Positions 1 to 13,624 of a DNA stretch of 64,000 nt are shown piece by piece; the stretch's first letter is position 1, and the number at the start of each line of letters is the position of its first letter. Origin of the DNA: the human T2T-CHM13v2.0 reference genome, Homo sapiens. The translations under genes were made by a program, and so were the position numbers. The notes beneath the pieces are model-generated. The model saw only the letters and a program-made list of their open reading frames with translations. It ran no database searches and was not told the origin of the DNA. The stretch lies in NCBI RefSeq assembly GCF_009914755.1, contig NC_060947.1. One strand, written 5' to 3'.

Positions 1-48
1 GTTTGATGCAGGAGTGACATAGATCTTCCATTTTTAAAAATGCAATAT
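1..48 (+). mobile_element. Tigger1 DNA transposon, subterminal 3' part (left half of a split element)
   Basis: gatgcaggagtgacatagatcttccatttttaaaaatgcaatat resembles the recalled Tigger1 subterminal sequence and continues at 3692 after the L1 insertion. Confidence 0.65.
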
Positions 49-1260
49 TTATTCTGGTTCAAAATACCTGACTAGAGACATTAGACATTTATGTTTTCCA
101 GAAAACAAAGGACCAAATTATGAATAGACAATTATGCTACAAATAAAGCATCTAGGAGAGGAACACTAGAGTCCAGCAGAGAAGTCATGGGAAACACCTG
201 AAGCACAGAAAAAGATGGATGTCAGTAGCCAGCTCAGCTGACATTGGCTGAAGCCTAGAGGAGCTTGCTATTGCAGGTAAAGAGTAAGTGAGGAAATGTT
301 AGTAGTCCACATCACCACCATTAATAGTTGCAATCCAAACAACAGGGAGAGCTCCGCTACCCACAGAAATGCTGACTACCATTGTCAGTAATCTGGAGAC
401 CCTGTAAGAGCATTACACCAGACAGGGGATGTGTTCTTGGTCGCTCACACCCCAGACACCTAAGTGGTTGGATCAGGGCACCATTGTGAGAGCATAGCCA
501 TAATGGGACTGTATCCTGCCCTGGGGAGCCACAGCCTCCATATCTCCACATTCTGGGAGCTCCAACATATATCCCCCGGTGTTACAGCTACAGTGGTACA
601 GTGCTGGCTGAACCCAAAGGTGTCACAGGATTCTCAAGACTCTAGCCAATAGGGAGTACCACTCCCTGAGAATAGAACAGTGCAGCACACCAAAAGATGA
701 CCAAAGCACATGCTTTCCAGAGCCCAAGAGCTCTGGTGCTGTGAAAAGAGATTCTTTTCCCAGCAGTGGCACAAACTTTTGCTTGGACTGGCAGGCAAAC
801 AGTATGATCCCCTCTCCCACTTGGCACTCTGTCACAGCAGTTGCTGCAACTAGAAACCCAGGTTGGTGAGTCTGAAAGTTGACCCTCTGAGGCTGGAGGA
901 AGTGACTCTACCTCAACCATCACAGTGGCCTCTGTGCTCAGTCTCCTCTGTAGAGAGAAGTACCCCCTTTTCTTCTCTGCACACCGCTGCAGCCACAGAT
1001 GCTGCTGCTGCTACCAAGGACTGGGGTGAATGAGCAAAATTGCTACCCGCCTGGGGTTGTGAGTAGTGATAGTCCTCCCACTGGTGGCATGGCCTCAGTG
1101 CTTGGGCTCACTCACAAAGAGTGGGGCCATTCCACACCTTTACATGGTGCTGTCATGCTGTCTCTGCTGCTTAGAGTGGGCAAGCATGAGAACTACTTGT
1201 CCAGGGCTTTGGGTGTTCAATCTGCATTGCAACAACTGCCAAGACCAGCACATACTCCAA
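49..1260 (+). mobile_element. Old L1 (L1M2/L1M3-type) 5'UTR
   Basis: gactagagacattag...gagaggaacactagagtccagcagagaagtcatgggaaacacct resembles L1M 5' ends; starts right after TSD tttaaaaatgcaatat (33-48). Confidence 0.7.
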
Positions 1261-1612
1261 ATAATGTTTTTTGCAGCAACTTAGATGGAGCTGGAGCTCA
1301 TTACTCTATGTGAAGCAACTCAAAAATGAAAAATCAAATACTGTATGTTCTCACTTACAAGTGGAAATTAAACTATGGGTATGCAAGGGCAGACAGATTG
1401 CTATAATGGACTATGGAGACTCAGAAGGAAGAGTCAGAAGGGGTAAGTGATAGAAAATTACATATTGTATACAGTATACACTACTTGGGTGATAAGTACA
1501 CTAAAATCTCAGACTTCATCATAATACAATTCATCCATGTAACCAAAAGCCATTTGTACCCCCAAAGCTATTGAGATAATAAAATTAGAAAATTTAAAAA
1601 TAAAAAAAATTA
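1261..1612 (+). mobile_element. L1PB-type 3' end fragment with A-rich tail
   Basis: ttctcacttacaagtgg...tggagactcagaagg...aaaatctcagacttcatcataatacaattcatccatgtaacc, then A-rich tail. Confidence 0.8.
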
Positions 1613-1649
1613 AATACATGGCTAGTTTCTATGTGCTAAAAAAAGAAAC

Positions 1650-3675
1650 AAAACACTTCCAAATTGGAAAAAAGGAAATAAAACTGTCCCTCTTTGCAAA
1701 CAACATGATAGTATGTCTACACAAATGTAAAGACTCTACCAAGAAACTTTTAGAAGTGATAAATACAGTGAAGTTTTAGGATACAAAATTAACATTAAAA
1801 CACAGGAGCATTTCCATATAGCAATAATGAAATATCCAAAAAAGAAATCAAGAAGGAAATTTTATTTACAATGCTAAAGAAAATAAAGTACCCAGGAATA
1901 AATTTAACAGTGAAGGTGGTGTGTTCTCTATAAGGAAAACTACAAAATACTGATGAAAGAAATTGAAGAGGACACAAACAAATTGATAAACATCCCATGT
2001 TTGTGTATCAAAATTGATATCATTAAAATTACCATACTACCCAAAGCAATCTACAGATTCAATACAATCCATATCAAAATACTAAAATCATTTTTCACAG
2101 AAATGGAAAAAAATCCTAAAACTTATATGGGAAAACAAGCCAGAATAGTCAAGCAATCCTAAGCATAAAGAACAAAATTGGAGGCATCACAGTACCTGAC
2201 TTAAAAACAGATTACAAAAATATAATAACCAAAAGAGCATGATATTGGTATAAAAATAGATACAGACCAATGAAACAGAATAGACGACAGAGAAATAAAT
2301 CCACATATTTACAGGCAACTGATCTTTGACAAAGCTGCCAAGAACATACACTGGGGAAGGAAAACCTTCTTCCATAAATGGTGCTGGAAAAATTGGATAA
2401 CCAGATACAGAAGAATGAAACTGGACCCCATCTCTCACCATATACAAAAGTAATCTCAAAATGGACTAAAGACTTAAATGTAAAAGTCAAAACTATAGCA
2501 GTAGAAAACATAGGGAATATGCTTCAGGAATTGGTCTAGGCAAAATTTTTATAACTAAGACCTCAAAAGAACAGGTAACAAAAATAAAAACAAATGGGAC
2601 TATATTACACAAAAAAGCTTTGGTTGAGCAGAATAAATTATCATCAGAATGAGGAGACAACCTCTTAAGTAGGAGAAAATGTTTTCAAATTACTTATCCA
2701 ACAAGGGACTCAACAACTAAACAATAAAACAAATGCATCAATTAAAATGGCTATGTGTCACGCATAGACATTTCTCAAAGGAAGACATAAAAATGGCCAA
2801 CAGGCATATGAAAAATGCTCAACATCATTAATCACCATGGAAATGCAAATCAAAATCCCAACAAAGTATCATCTCACACCAGTTAGAATGAGTATTACTA
2901 AAAAGGCAAAAAAGAAAAAAAAAAAGCAGCTGCTGGTGAGGATGCCGAATAAAGGGAACTCTTACACACTCTTGGTGTGACTGTGAATTAGTACAACCAG
3001 TATGGAAAACAGTATGAAGATTTCTCAAACAGTTAAAAAGAGAGCTACTATATGACCCAACATAGTCAGTACTGAGTATCTATTCAAAGGAATGGAAACC
3101 AATGTATCAAAGAGATACCTGCACTCACAGGTTTATGATAGCATTATTCACAATAGTAAAGGTATGAAATCAAGCTTAGTGTTTACCAATGCTATTTAGC
3201 CATAAACAAGAATGAAGCCTTGTCATTTTCAGCAACATGAATCGAACTGAAGGTCATTATGTTAAGTGAAATAAACCAGACACAGAGTGACAAATAATGT
3301 ATGTTCTCACTCTTATGTGGGAGGTAAAAAAACAACCTCATGGACATAGAGAATTGAATGATACTTATCAGAGACTGGGAAGGGTTAATGGAGGGAAGGG
3401 TAGATGAAGAGAGGTTAGCTACGGGTACAAAAGTGCAGTTAGATAGAGGAAATAAATTGTAATGTTTGATAGCAGGTTAGGATAACTATAGTTAGCAACA
3501 GTATTATGTATATTTTAAAGTAACCAGAAGAGGGGACAGAAAAATGATAAACACTAAAGGTGATAGATATTCCAAGTACCCTGACTTGATCATTACACAT
3601 ACTGTACATGTAACAAAAACTCACATGTAGCCCATAAATATGTAAAATATTATATATATATATACCAATAAAAGA
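1650..3675 (+). mobile_element. L1MA-type ORF2 (RT to C-terminus, decayed) plus 3'UTR
   Basis: Degenerate FADDM region (ctctttgcaaacaacatg), ORF 1953-2162 resembles L1 ORF2 (KEIEEDTNK..LPKAIYRFN), L1MA-like 3'UTR, TSD copy at 3676-3691. Confidence 0.9.
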
Positions 3676-3691
3676 TTTAAAAATGCAATAT

Positions 3692-3737
3692 CTGTGAGGT
3701 ACAATAAAGTGAAGTGCAATAAAACTAGGTATTCCTG
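3692..3737 (+). mobile_element. Tigger1 3' terminal inverted repeat
   Basis: ctgtgaggtacaataaagtgaagtgcaataaaactaggtattcctg matches the recalled Tigger1 end ...GCAATAAAGCGAAGCGCAATAAAACGAGGTATGCCTG. Confidence 0.8.
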
Positions 3738-3744
3738 CAATAGT

Positions 3745-3985
3745 TTGGAGGTGGAAAAAATTAATGACAGAGAGACAAGTTAGAAGGCTTAAAAAAAAGA
3801 CTGGGAAAAAGAAGTTAGAACTACGGCAGTGACAATGAAGGTAGACAGGGGCGAGAAGAATAATACACATTTGGGAGTGTGATTGATAAGAACTGATAAC
3901 TTACTAAATATGGCGAAAGAGATGAAATTGTCAAAGATGACTCAGAGTTTTTTGCATTGAAGAGGAATAAATTGCATTGTGATGA
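3745..3985 (-). mobile_element. L2 fragment
   Basis: gagacaagttagaaggc...tcaaagatgactcagagttttt resembles antisense L2. Confidence 0.6.
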
Positions 3986-4054
3986 TTCCTAAAAGACGTT
4001 TTTCTCTCACTGAATGTAAACAACTTGTTAACAGGAATGTGTCATTTTGTACTT

Positions 4055-4180
4055 GTTACTTTCCTTATCTGTGAAACAGAAAATATTATCTACTATGAAG
4101 GTTATCTGCTATGAAGGTTAAAAAAAATGTCAAGGTAAAGCATTTCCTTTATTGTTCAATAACATTTAGCAATAATTATT
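4055..4180 (+). mobile_element. MIR fragment
   Basis: ttccttatctgtgaaacag MIR core-like motif followed by gaaggtta...gtaaagcatt. Confidence 0.55.
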
Positions 4181-4245
4181 ATAATTGTCCACTTCTCTGC
4201 CTTTTCCAATATTTTGGTCTGAGGAAGACTGGTTACTTTTTGGGA

Positions 4246-4330
4246 CCAGGGCTCCTGTGTTGCAAAACTCTAGGATCATCAGTCACATCACAGTGTATAG
4301 GAGAAGTGCCCTTGTAGTTGTTCTATGCCA
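4246..4330. mobile_element. Possible MER91-like hAT MITE remnant
   Basis: cagggctcc..tgcaaaactctagg ... gcccttgtagttgt, weakly palindromic. Confidence 0.35.
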
Positions 4331-5189
4331 CAGTATGAGCCGCCAAATGCAGTGAACCTGCATAGGTCACTTCATATCATGCATCTGGCTTCAGGGCAGC
4401 AGCAGTTGCCGAGCAGGCTCCAAATGCTCTGCCCTGAGTTACTTTAGTTATATAAAATTTATTCCTGAACCCAAACACCTGGGAAGAAAATTCCTTACAT
4501 ATTTTTAATGCAGGCATATTCTCTTGGTACCAAAAGGCAATTTTACAACAAAATGAACACTACTACTTCTCCACAAAGTACTTTTTATCTGACTGTGTAT
4601 TATGAATCGTTACAAGGCATAGCTCTGAAATACATTGAGTGAATAAAAGAAGAGCCTTATTGAATAAAGTCTTGATTAGAAAAATGTGTAATATTATTAC
4701 ATATGTTTAGAATCTGATAAGAACATACTATGAGCCAGTGTCTTTTTAGTGCTACATTATTTACTGATGGTAAATTTATGGAGACATTAATTCAGATTGC
4801 TGGAACAAGATGGGGAACTCCAATTCCAAGAACCTTATCAAAATCTCTTTGCTTGATTATATCGAGCATTTCAGAAATTATCTACTGTCATCAGTGCAGA
4901 ACTTGTAAGTGAGGATGTCTTTTTAAAATTCCAATAATTTAATGATGGAATGGGCTTCCATGCATAGCTGCAAACTCCTTATACCTGGAAATATTCAAAT
5001 ATTATATGATATCGTCTCGGGGATGCTATAATGATGATTCGTGAATTTTAGAGTGGAATGGAGATGTCCTCCAGGTTACCTTCTAAATCCAGAATTTTAT
5101 TCTTTAATTAGAGAAAGTTAAGAAATATAAAAAATGATTAATATGTCACTTCTACCTGTATTTTCTCCGTTTGTAATTTTATCTGTTTT

Positions 5190-7125
5190 CTAGGCTTTAA
5201 ATGCTTAATAAATGCTAGTGATTCCCAGATCTGCAAGTCTAACCCTTATCTATTATCAGACCTCTAGGCTCTAAGATCCATCTTCCTATTTGACATTTCT
5301 CCTGGAATACCTACTATATACCTTACATTTAATATGGCTAGAACAAAAGTATTGATTTCAACTCTCTTATCCTGCCCCTTTCTTTATGTGAATTATAAAA
5401 ATGGAATCCTGTTTTTAAGATACGATTATTATAATTATAAGAAAAGTATGATATACACATAGTATTAAAATAGGACACTTTTCTGCAATCTGTAAAATGT
5501 TTCCCAAACAAATGTCAAAACATGCAATGCCTAAGTTGAGAATGGTGCTTCTCTAGGGACGTGCAGGGGACAAACTGAATAACCAAAGTAGCAGGCCTTT
5601 TACTTCCATTAATTTCTCTTTCTGTCTTTTCCATCTCAATAAATGCAACTAGATTTCAATCTACTGGTAATGTAAAAAAAAAAAAAAACAAAAAAACTTT
5701 GATTCCTTTTTTTTTTCTTACTCTCCATATCCAGTTTATCTGTAAATTCTGTTAATTCTACATCCAAAATATATACTAAAATTCTAATTGCTTTCCTCCC
5801 TATTATCTCTCTAGTCTAAGCCATTATTATAGCTCTCTCTACCATATCCTGTTATGTAGTCTCTTTGCTTCTTCTCCTATAAGCCGCTCTCCATAGAGCA
5901 ACAAGAAATAAATTTAAAACAAAATAATCATAAATCAGATCATTTCATGCCCAAGATTACCAGGCCTGTGTCCAAAAGAAATCTTTTCTTCTACCTTCTT
6001 AGCTTTATACTTTGGAGCCTGCAAAGTAAGCTGACAAAAGACAGACCAGCAAGAGAACAAACAGGTTTAATCCTGTACTATGTATGAGATTTCACAGAAA
6101 AATGTGACTCAAGGAAGCATTTAGAATTTGGGGCTTTTCATACCACCTTAATAAGAAAAGTGGAAGGAGAGAAGGGCATTTACAGAAAAATAAATGACTT
6201 CTTAATAGGTGAAATAGGGGAGGTATAGTGCACTTGTGGAAAAACAATTTTTAGGAAAAACAAAGGGGTCTTAGGAGAATAGATGGAAAATATGACCGTT
6301 TTATCATATCTGTTTGGGTGTCATGTAAAGTTATATAAAATTCTGAATAACTCATCTCTGGTGATAAGTCAGTCTTCCTTGGTTGCCGCAAGGGAGGAGA
6401 TTTATGACAATTGGGTTCTTTTGCATTCTTTTGGGAGGCTCTGCTTTTAGACAGATCAAAATTTTTATGCATTCACCTTTCTTAAGCTCAAGATAATTTT
6501 ATGCTACACTGGTCTACTTTGGACTTCTTTGCCTGCTACATCATAATCTACATGGGGAAACATTCATAGAAATATTAGGTGAATTGTATCCCTAGGAATT
6601 GTGTAACACAATGGCCATTTAAATCCTTTGTTTTCTTCCCTTTATTATGGAATAAAAACCAAATTACATACCTTGGCCCCATGATCTGGCCTCTGTCTTC
6701 TTCTTCAACTTCATCTTGAACCACTTTTCCATTAACCCCTTTGCTTTAGGAATACCAATGCTCTTTTTTAAAAAATATACTAAGTTCCCATATTATACTC
6801 TTTGAACTACCTGTTCCCACTTTCTGGACTGGTCGTCTCCCTGATGTCACACTGCTGGACCTCAGTATCATTTAGATTTTAGATACATATCACCTCCTCA
6901 AATGGTCCTTCACTAACTCTTAGGGTTCCATTCGCTCTATTGTATCATTTACCATCATTTTTTACACATAAGTTGTTTCTGTTTAATTTTTAATATTTAT
7001 TTCTTGTTTGTTTCTCACTGCTTGATCTCTTGTACAAGTGTCAGCTACTGAAAACCAATCACCAGCACCTAGAACAGTAACTGATACACAGTAGGAACAT
7101 CATAGCTATTTATACAAGAAGAAGA
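5190..7125 (+). mobile_element. L2 (L2a-like), interrupted by an LTR at 5967-6540
   Basis: gattcccagatctgc, ccatctcaataaatg, aaatcagatcatttc and the typical 3' end ccagcacctagaacagta..acacagtagg. Confidence 0.75.
5967..6540 (-). mobile_element. ERV1 solo LTR, MER34/MER39/LTR49 group
   Basis: TG...CA termini; aagctcaagataattttatgc and gacaaaagacaga motifs of antisense MER34-group LTRs. Confidence 0.6.
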
Positions 7126-7424
7126 TAATGCAATGAAGTTCATTTATTAGAGTCTTACGTTCAATTAATAGGTTTTTGAAATCCCTCCCTTTTGGTCATT
7201 TCATCTAATGTCTTCTTTCTCCTACCTTTTTTATTTACTATTCTTATATATATATTTTTCACCTCCAACAATCTGTTACTATTTCTTATTGTCTCTTTCA
7301 CTTGTGTACCTTACCCTTCCCTTTCTCTTGCTCTCCACCCTTAACTAGTAATGCCTGTATTATATTTTTAATGTATGTTGGTCTCTTTAAACCAAGTTTA
7401 GTATAAGAGACCAGTATTCAGGGC

Positions 7425-7716
7425 TTTCTTTCTTTTTTTTTTTTTGAAACGGAGTCTTGCTCTGTGGCCCAGGCTGGAGGTAATCTCAGCTCACTGTAAG
7501 CTCCGTCTCTGGGGTTCACGCCATTCTCCTGCCTCAGCCTCCCAAGTAGCTGGGACTACAGCACCCACCACCACGCTCGCCTAATTTTTTGTATTTTTAG
7601 TAGAGACAGGGTTTCACCGTGTTAGCCAGGGTGGTCTCCATCTCCTGACCTCATGATCTGCCCTCCTCGGCCTCCCAAAATACTGGGATTACAGGTGTGA
7701 GCCACCGCGCCCAGCC
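7425..7716 (-). mobile_element. AluY
   Basis: Poly-T head, Y-type positions (aagctcc, ttcacgccattctcc, ccgtgttagccagg), TSD tattcagggc at 7415-7424 and 7718-7727, small internal deletion. Confidence 0.95.
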
Positions 7717-7727
7717 ATATTCAGGGC

Positions 7728-7850
7728 CTCCTGTGCTTAAAACACTGCTTCTACAGATTTGGGAGATGTAATGATGAATAAAATACAAGTCCTGCCCTTA
7801 GTAGTTAGTATCTAATAGAAGAGGCAAACTATAAATACAGTAAGTGAGCT
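7728..7850 (-). mobile_element. L2 3' end (host of the AluY)
   Basis: ggagatgtaatgatgaataaaatacaagtcctgccctt resembles the antisense L2 tail. Confidence 0.55.
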
Positions 7851-8007
7851 TTAAAGAGAAAAATGGGTGTGGAAAAATTACTGAGTGTGGGCTGAATGTA
7901 ACTAACTTATGAAAGCTGAAACACTGTTTTTAAAAGTCTGCTTTTTGAAATATTTTATATTATTGGTATGGTTGTTCTCTGGGGATGACATAGCAAGTTG
8001 AGTGAAA

Positions 8008-8372
8008 GAGAAATAGGAAGTGGGACTCCATTCCGGACCAGACTGAGAAACAGGGAAGAATCCGAAGCACCTCTCCATAAGACATGCCCACCAGAGTTAT
8101 GAGAGTTTACCCCTTCCCTGGAAATGACCCAGAAGTTACCACCCCTTTACTAGACATTTCTGAATAACCTACACCTTAATTTTCATGTAATTAAAATTGA
8201 TATAAAAGCTGCTTCAGAACTGCCCTGAACTGCTACTCTAGATAAACTGCTTGTGAGGTAGTCCTGCTCTGCAGGAGGAGTCATGGAGCTCTAACACTGC
8301 TACTTCAATAAAGCTGTTTCCTTCTACCACCAGCTCACCCTTGAATTCCTTCCTGGAAGAAGCCAAGAACCA
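8008..8372 (+). mobile_element. MER66-type ERV1 LTR, 3' truncated
   Basis: ccggaccagactga, cataagacatgcccaccag, aataaagctgttt..cttgaattccttcctgg..gccaagaac; homologous to the antisense copy at 48681-49119. Confidence 0.8.
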
Positions 8373-9549
8373 ATTATTTTTAAAAGGTTTTTCCAGAATA
8401 CACCACTATTTCTTTAAGATCTGAAGACAAGGAATGGTGATTCGATAGTAAAAATTATCTCTTACTGGGATCATGGGTTATGTACATATTTGGTTGTGAT
8501 GCCCGGGCAATCCTTACATTATGGCGTGTCCCTTTTTGTTATCTTACAACCAAAGATCTTGAGAGAAACTAAGAAAATTGTTTCTTTGAAGTCAGCTTCA
8601 CTATGTGGCTTTATTACGTGAGTTGAGGTAGAATAATGCAGTAAAGTAATAATGTGTTTCTCAAAATAGAAAGTTCTTCATTAATTTTATAATTACTAGA
8701 GCAGGTATTTCTTTGAAGAAGCTGACCTACCAATTATACATTAACTTTTTTGGTAGATTAATCATTATTTTCCTCATGATTTTGGATTTTCTTCTTTGCT
8801 TTTCATAAAAAAGCAGCTGCAGTGTGTGGCTAATTTTTCTGTGAGCAAAAAGAAAATGTCTCCAGCTCAATAGGTGTTTAATGTCAGATATGATTTTTTT
8901 ATTTTGTAATTTAAAATGGTTTTGCAGGTTTAGCTTCATCAGGCAGGGAAGATATGACAAGTTTTTGAATTTAGCCTCATTCTTGAAGATAAAATAAAAT
9001 TTATTTTATTCAGTGTTTGATGTTTACCCTGCTACATACACTCTGCCAGTCTAGATTGAGTGCTAAAAGAAAATATAAAACCTTTTTGCATGCAGATCTA
9101 TTTGAAGGCTCCCTGGAGATGAGGCTGTTTTAGTTTTTTTTTAGATGATATCATCTTGTCACAATGACAAAGCAACCCGGAAACTACAAACTTAGAGTGT
9201 TATTTTTATTTGTTTTAAAAACACAGCTATGACCCTCATGTCTTCAGTCATCTGTTCCTAATGTAATTTTTAAAATTAAACGTTAATATAAATGAAATAG
9301 CTAAAAATTGACATTACCCTAACAAAGGAAACAAAGTTAAATGACTTGTTTCTGTAGAACAAATACTTTACTTTCCCTTGAACCTGCAAATTAGAAGAAA
9401 ATTAAATATTCCACATATTTTTTGAAGATTAGATATATCTAAATATAAAAGTTCAGAGATTTTACTGTTTTTCATAAATAACTGTTCCTGTGCACATGTG
9501 GAGTAGACAGTCACCTAAATGGTATAGATAAAGGAACACCACGCAAGTA

Positions 9550-9800
9550 TAGTCACACATCACTTAATAGTGGGGATACTTTCTGGGAAATGTGTCATTA
9601 GAGAATTTTCTCATTGTGTGAACATTATAGAGCGTACTTATACAAACCTAGATGGTATAGCCTACTACACCCCTAGGCTCGCTGGTATAGCCTAAGGCTC
9701 CTAGGCTATAAACATATACAGCATGCTGCTGTACTAAATACTGTAGGTCATGGTAACACAATGGTATGTATTTGTATCTAAATATAGAATGGGTCCAGTG
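9550..9800 (+). mobile_element. Tigger3a-like MITE, truncated at the right end
   Basis: ggggatactttctgggaaatg..., acaaacctagatggtatagcctactacac, ctgtactaaatactgtagg. Confidence 0.85.
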
Positions 9801-10933
9801 ATTAGTCCAGTCATTTCTCTGCATTAAATAAAAGTAGGTGCACTGTCTCTAGAAAGTCATTATCTAAATTACATTGTTACCTGGCAGGGTATGATTTCTT
9901 TGTCATTGCTCTAGGACATTAACATGAGCTGGATTTTTGTTTTATTTTATTTTAACCTAGAGTAAGACATTCTTACCTCTGCAGGATCAAAGAGTCTCGC
10001 TTGGAGGAGAAAACAATAGTAGAGGGAAATTTAGATGAGTGTCATAAAAAGTTTTCAAATTAAAATTTAGTGTCCAGAATATAGCACTGGGGAAAGTAGC
10101 ACATCTCCGTAGTAAAGACAACTTCTGGTGTGCCCTGCCTCTCTTAAAGTGGAAAAGAAGCTCATGTAACCAGGTATGAGAATGAAGGTCAAAAGTGAGA
10201 AAGGACAGTATCAAATCCTACATAAATCAGTCTCAGAGAATGTTGACTTGAGTGAACATCAACATGAGATAATGTTTAAGAAAAGGCAGAAGAAATAGGT
10301 ATGTATATGGACTAGAATATTGTGGTAGGGGGAGTGGCATCTAAAGGGCAAGAAGTCTAAGGGCAAACTTTCCTAATTTCCTTAGGTTTATTGCTGCATC
10401 CACAGTCTATAGGTGAATAATGAGAATATGTTGATTTCAACCTTCCTGAGGGCAGAAGCTATAGTGTAGGTCTATAAAATCTTCCATAAAACCTTGAATA
10501 GCTCTAGGCATAATGATGGCTTATTAATTAATTGTACAAAATAAAGTTATACTCAGGAGACCCATCAGTTTGTTAGTAGGGCATAAATACATGTTTCTCT
10601 CTTTTTTCATTTTACTTGCTAGACTATTTTTAGAGCAGCTTTAGATTTATAGAAAAATGGAGCAGAGAGTATCTGTACACCTCCCCATTCCCTGACTTGC
10701 ACAATTCCATTATTGATATTTTACATTAGTGTGGCACATTTTTTGATTAATGAATTAACTAAATTCCATATTTTATTCCGATTTCCTTAGTGTTTACCTA
10801 ATGGCCTTTTTGTACTTCAAGATTCCATTCAGGATACCACATTAGCTTTGATTGTCATGTTTCCTTAGGTTACTCTTGGCTTTAACGTTGTCTCAGAATT
10901 TATTTTTTATTACTTTGATAGGAGCACTGGTAA

Positions 10934-11237
<304 letters not shown>

Positions 11238-11630
11238 CAGAATCTCTTCTTGGTAAAACTTCAGTCAGGCTCTTCTGAGCTTTCTTCTGGACTAGGCCTC
11301 AACCTTGGCCCCCATCCTGGCCAGGCTTGCATAGCTTAGTTTTAGCAAAAATACTCCTAAGTTGGTTTGGAAATATTTCCCACTCTTGATATTTATCACA
11401 CTGCCCTGCATTCAGCAATAATCTTAAATTGGTTTAGCAAAAAATATCTTGTTTCCTATTGTCTTTTGTGGTATTTTTTCATCCTTTGACCCCTTAACTG
11501 TTCACTGGCTATAACTTCCCACATATCTAAGCTATATGCAGAGCTGAAATCAATCCCTCTCCCTTACCGTGATGATCTTAACACCTATTGCAATAGTCCC
11601 GAATACATTCTTCCTTATGGTTTTAAAAAG

Positions 11631-12149
11631 TGTCGTAGTTAACTTATTTGGCTACTAGATGCCAGATAGCTGGTAAACATTATTTCTGGCCATGTCTATA
11701 AAGGTATTTCTGGAAGACATTATCATTTGAATCAGTACACTATGTAAAAAAAAAAAAAAAAAAAGATTACCCTCACCAATGTGAGCAGGCCTCATTCAAT
11801 TCAATGAGGGCCTACAAAGAACAACAACAACAAAAAAAATGGAGATAGGTCAAATTTACTGTTCAGGAGCTGGGATATCCATCTTCTTCTGCCTATGGAT
11901 ATCAGTGCCCTGGTTCTCAGGCATTCCCACTCAGACTGAAGGTACACTATGAGCTCTCTTGGTTTTCAGGCCTTTGGACTTGAATTGGAACTATACCACT
12001 GGCTTTCCTAGGCCTCCAGACTGCAGATGGCAGATCACAGGACTTCTTATCCCCCATAAACACATGACCCAATCTTTCAGAATAAATCTCTTTCTACACA
12101 TCTCTATTTATATCCTATTGGATCTGCTTCTCTGGAGAACTCTAGTACA
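11631..12149 (+). mobile_element. MLT2 (B/C/D-type) ERVL solo LTR
   Basis: ccagatagctggtaaacattatttctgg, ccctcaccaatgtg, atcctattggatctgcttctctggagaac..taca. Confidence 0.85.
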
Positions 12150-13212
12150 AATATTTGCATATATTTTTCCTTACCACTGGTCAGGATGTTCCCCTATTAG
12201 AATATGCCTGATGTTTTATTCCCCATGATTCTATTTTCATGATTAGATTGATGATATGGGTTTAGGAGAGAAAGATCACAGAGACAAAGTGGAATTTTTC
12301 TCATATTAGATCTAGGTATATACTTGATTTATGAGTAATTATGTTGATCTTGATTATCTAGCTGAAGTATTAGTTTTAAGGTTTCTCCACTTTACAAGTA
12401 ATTTTATTTCCTTAAGATATAGTACACTCTAGAGGAAAGTAACTATATGCAGTCCACTTTTAAGGAATGGGAAGTTATCTTCTACTTCCTTTAGAGTGCA
12501 GTGTTTACATAAATCATCTGGATTCCAAGATGGAAGATTTGCCTCTTTCCCCAAATTTTAATTTATTCAATAATTCATTTATTTCTGTTTGAACTCATAG
12601 GTATTTATTTTAGACTTTGTATTATACTACAGTACTATTTTAGTTATTCTATTGATTAAATTGTGCCAGGTTTGGCTACTTAGAGCTTTGTCATTTGACT
12701 TCTGTATCCCTTTGACATAACTCCATCAATGTTACTTTGTTTTTGAGCACGCCCATATTTTCTGGCACTACTAGAATCTTCAGGCTCATCTTCTATATTT
12801 CCCACTGCAATCCTAGTATCAGCCATTTCTCAAAGAAGTCCTGCATCTTTTAAAGAGAGAATGGAACCAAGAGCTAGGCCCTAGCTGTCTTGTTGCTACT
12901 AGGATTATATCTTTTAGGCACTCTGCTGACAGAGCAAAGAACTATTTATGTGTATACTAACCTATTTATATACACATATATATAAATATGTCTCTATTTT
13001 ACCATCTGTCTCTACATTTAGTTAAACATGTTTATTTCCTGATGCATCCAACTCTAATGCATTACCATATGGATTATTTCAGCCTGTTCTTGTTTTCCCA
13101 TAACTTTCCAGTACAAAAGCACAACCTGACTCCCACCATCTGCTACACATTTATGTAATTGTTCAATTTTAATATACATATATAGCAGTATCAGAATTGT
13201 TGACTGACACCC

Positions 13213-13624
13213 TGATATGGTTTTAATGTGTTCTCACCAAATCTCATGTTAAATTGTAATCTCCAATGTTGGAAGTGGGCCTGGTTGGAGGCGATTACAT
13301 CATGGGAGCAGGTTTCTTGTGAATGGTTTAGCATCATCCACCTTGGTATTGTCTTGGTATAGTGAGTTCTCATGACATCTGCTGGTATAAAGTGTGTAGC
13401 ACCTCCCCCTTCTCTCTCTTGCTCCTGCTCCCACCATGTAGGATGCCTCATACCCCCTTCACATTCTGTTTACGATTGTAAGTTCCCTGAAGCTTCCCCA
13501 GAAGCTGATGTTGCTATGCTTCTTGTACAGCCTGCAAAACCATGAGCCAACTAAACCTCTTTTCCTTATAAATTACCCAGTCTCAGGTATTTCTTTATAG
13601 CAATGTGAGGAAAAAACTGATACA
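13213..13624 (+). mobile_element. MSTA 5' LTR (MaLR)
   Basis: tgatatggttt...caaatctcatgttaaattgtaatc...aaattacccagtctcaggtatttctttatagc...taca. Confidence 0.9.
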
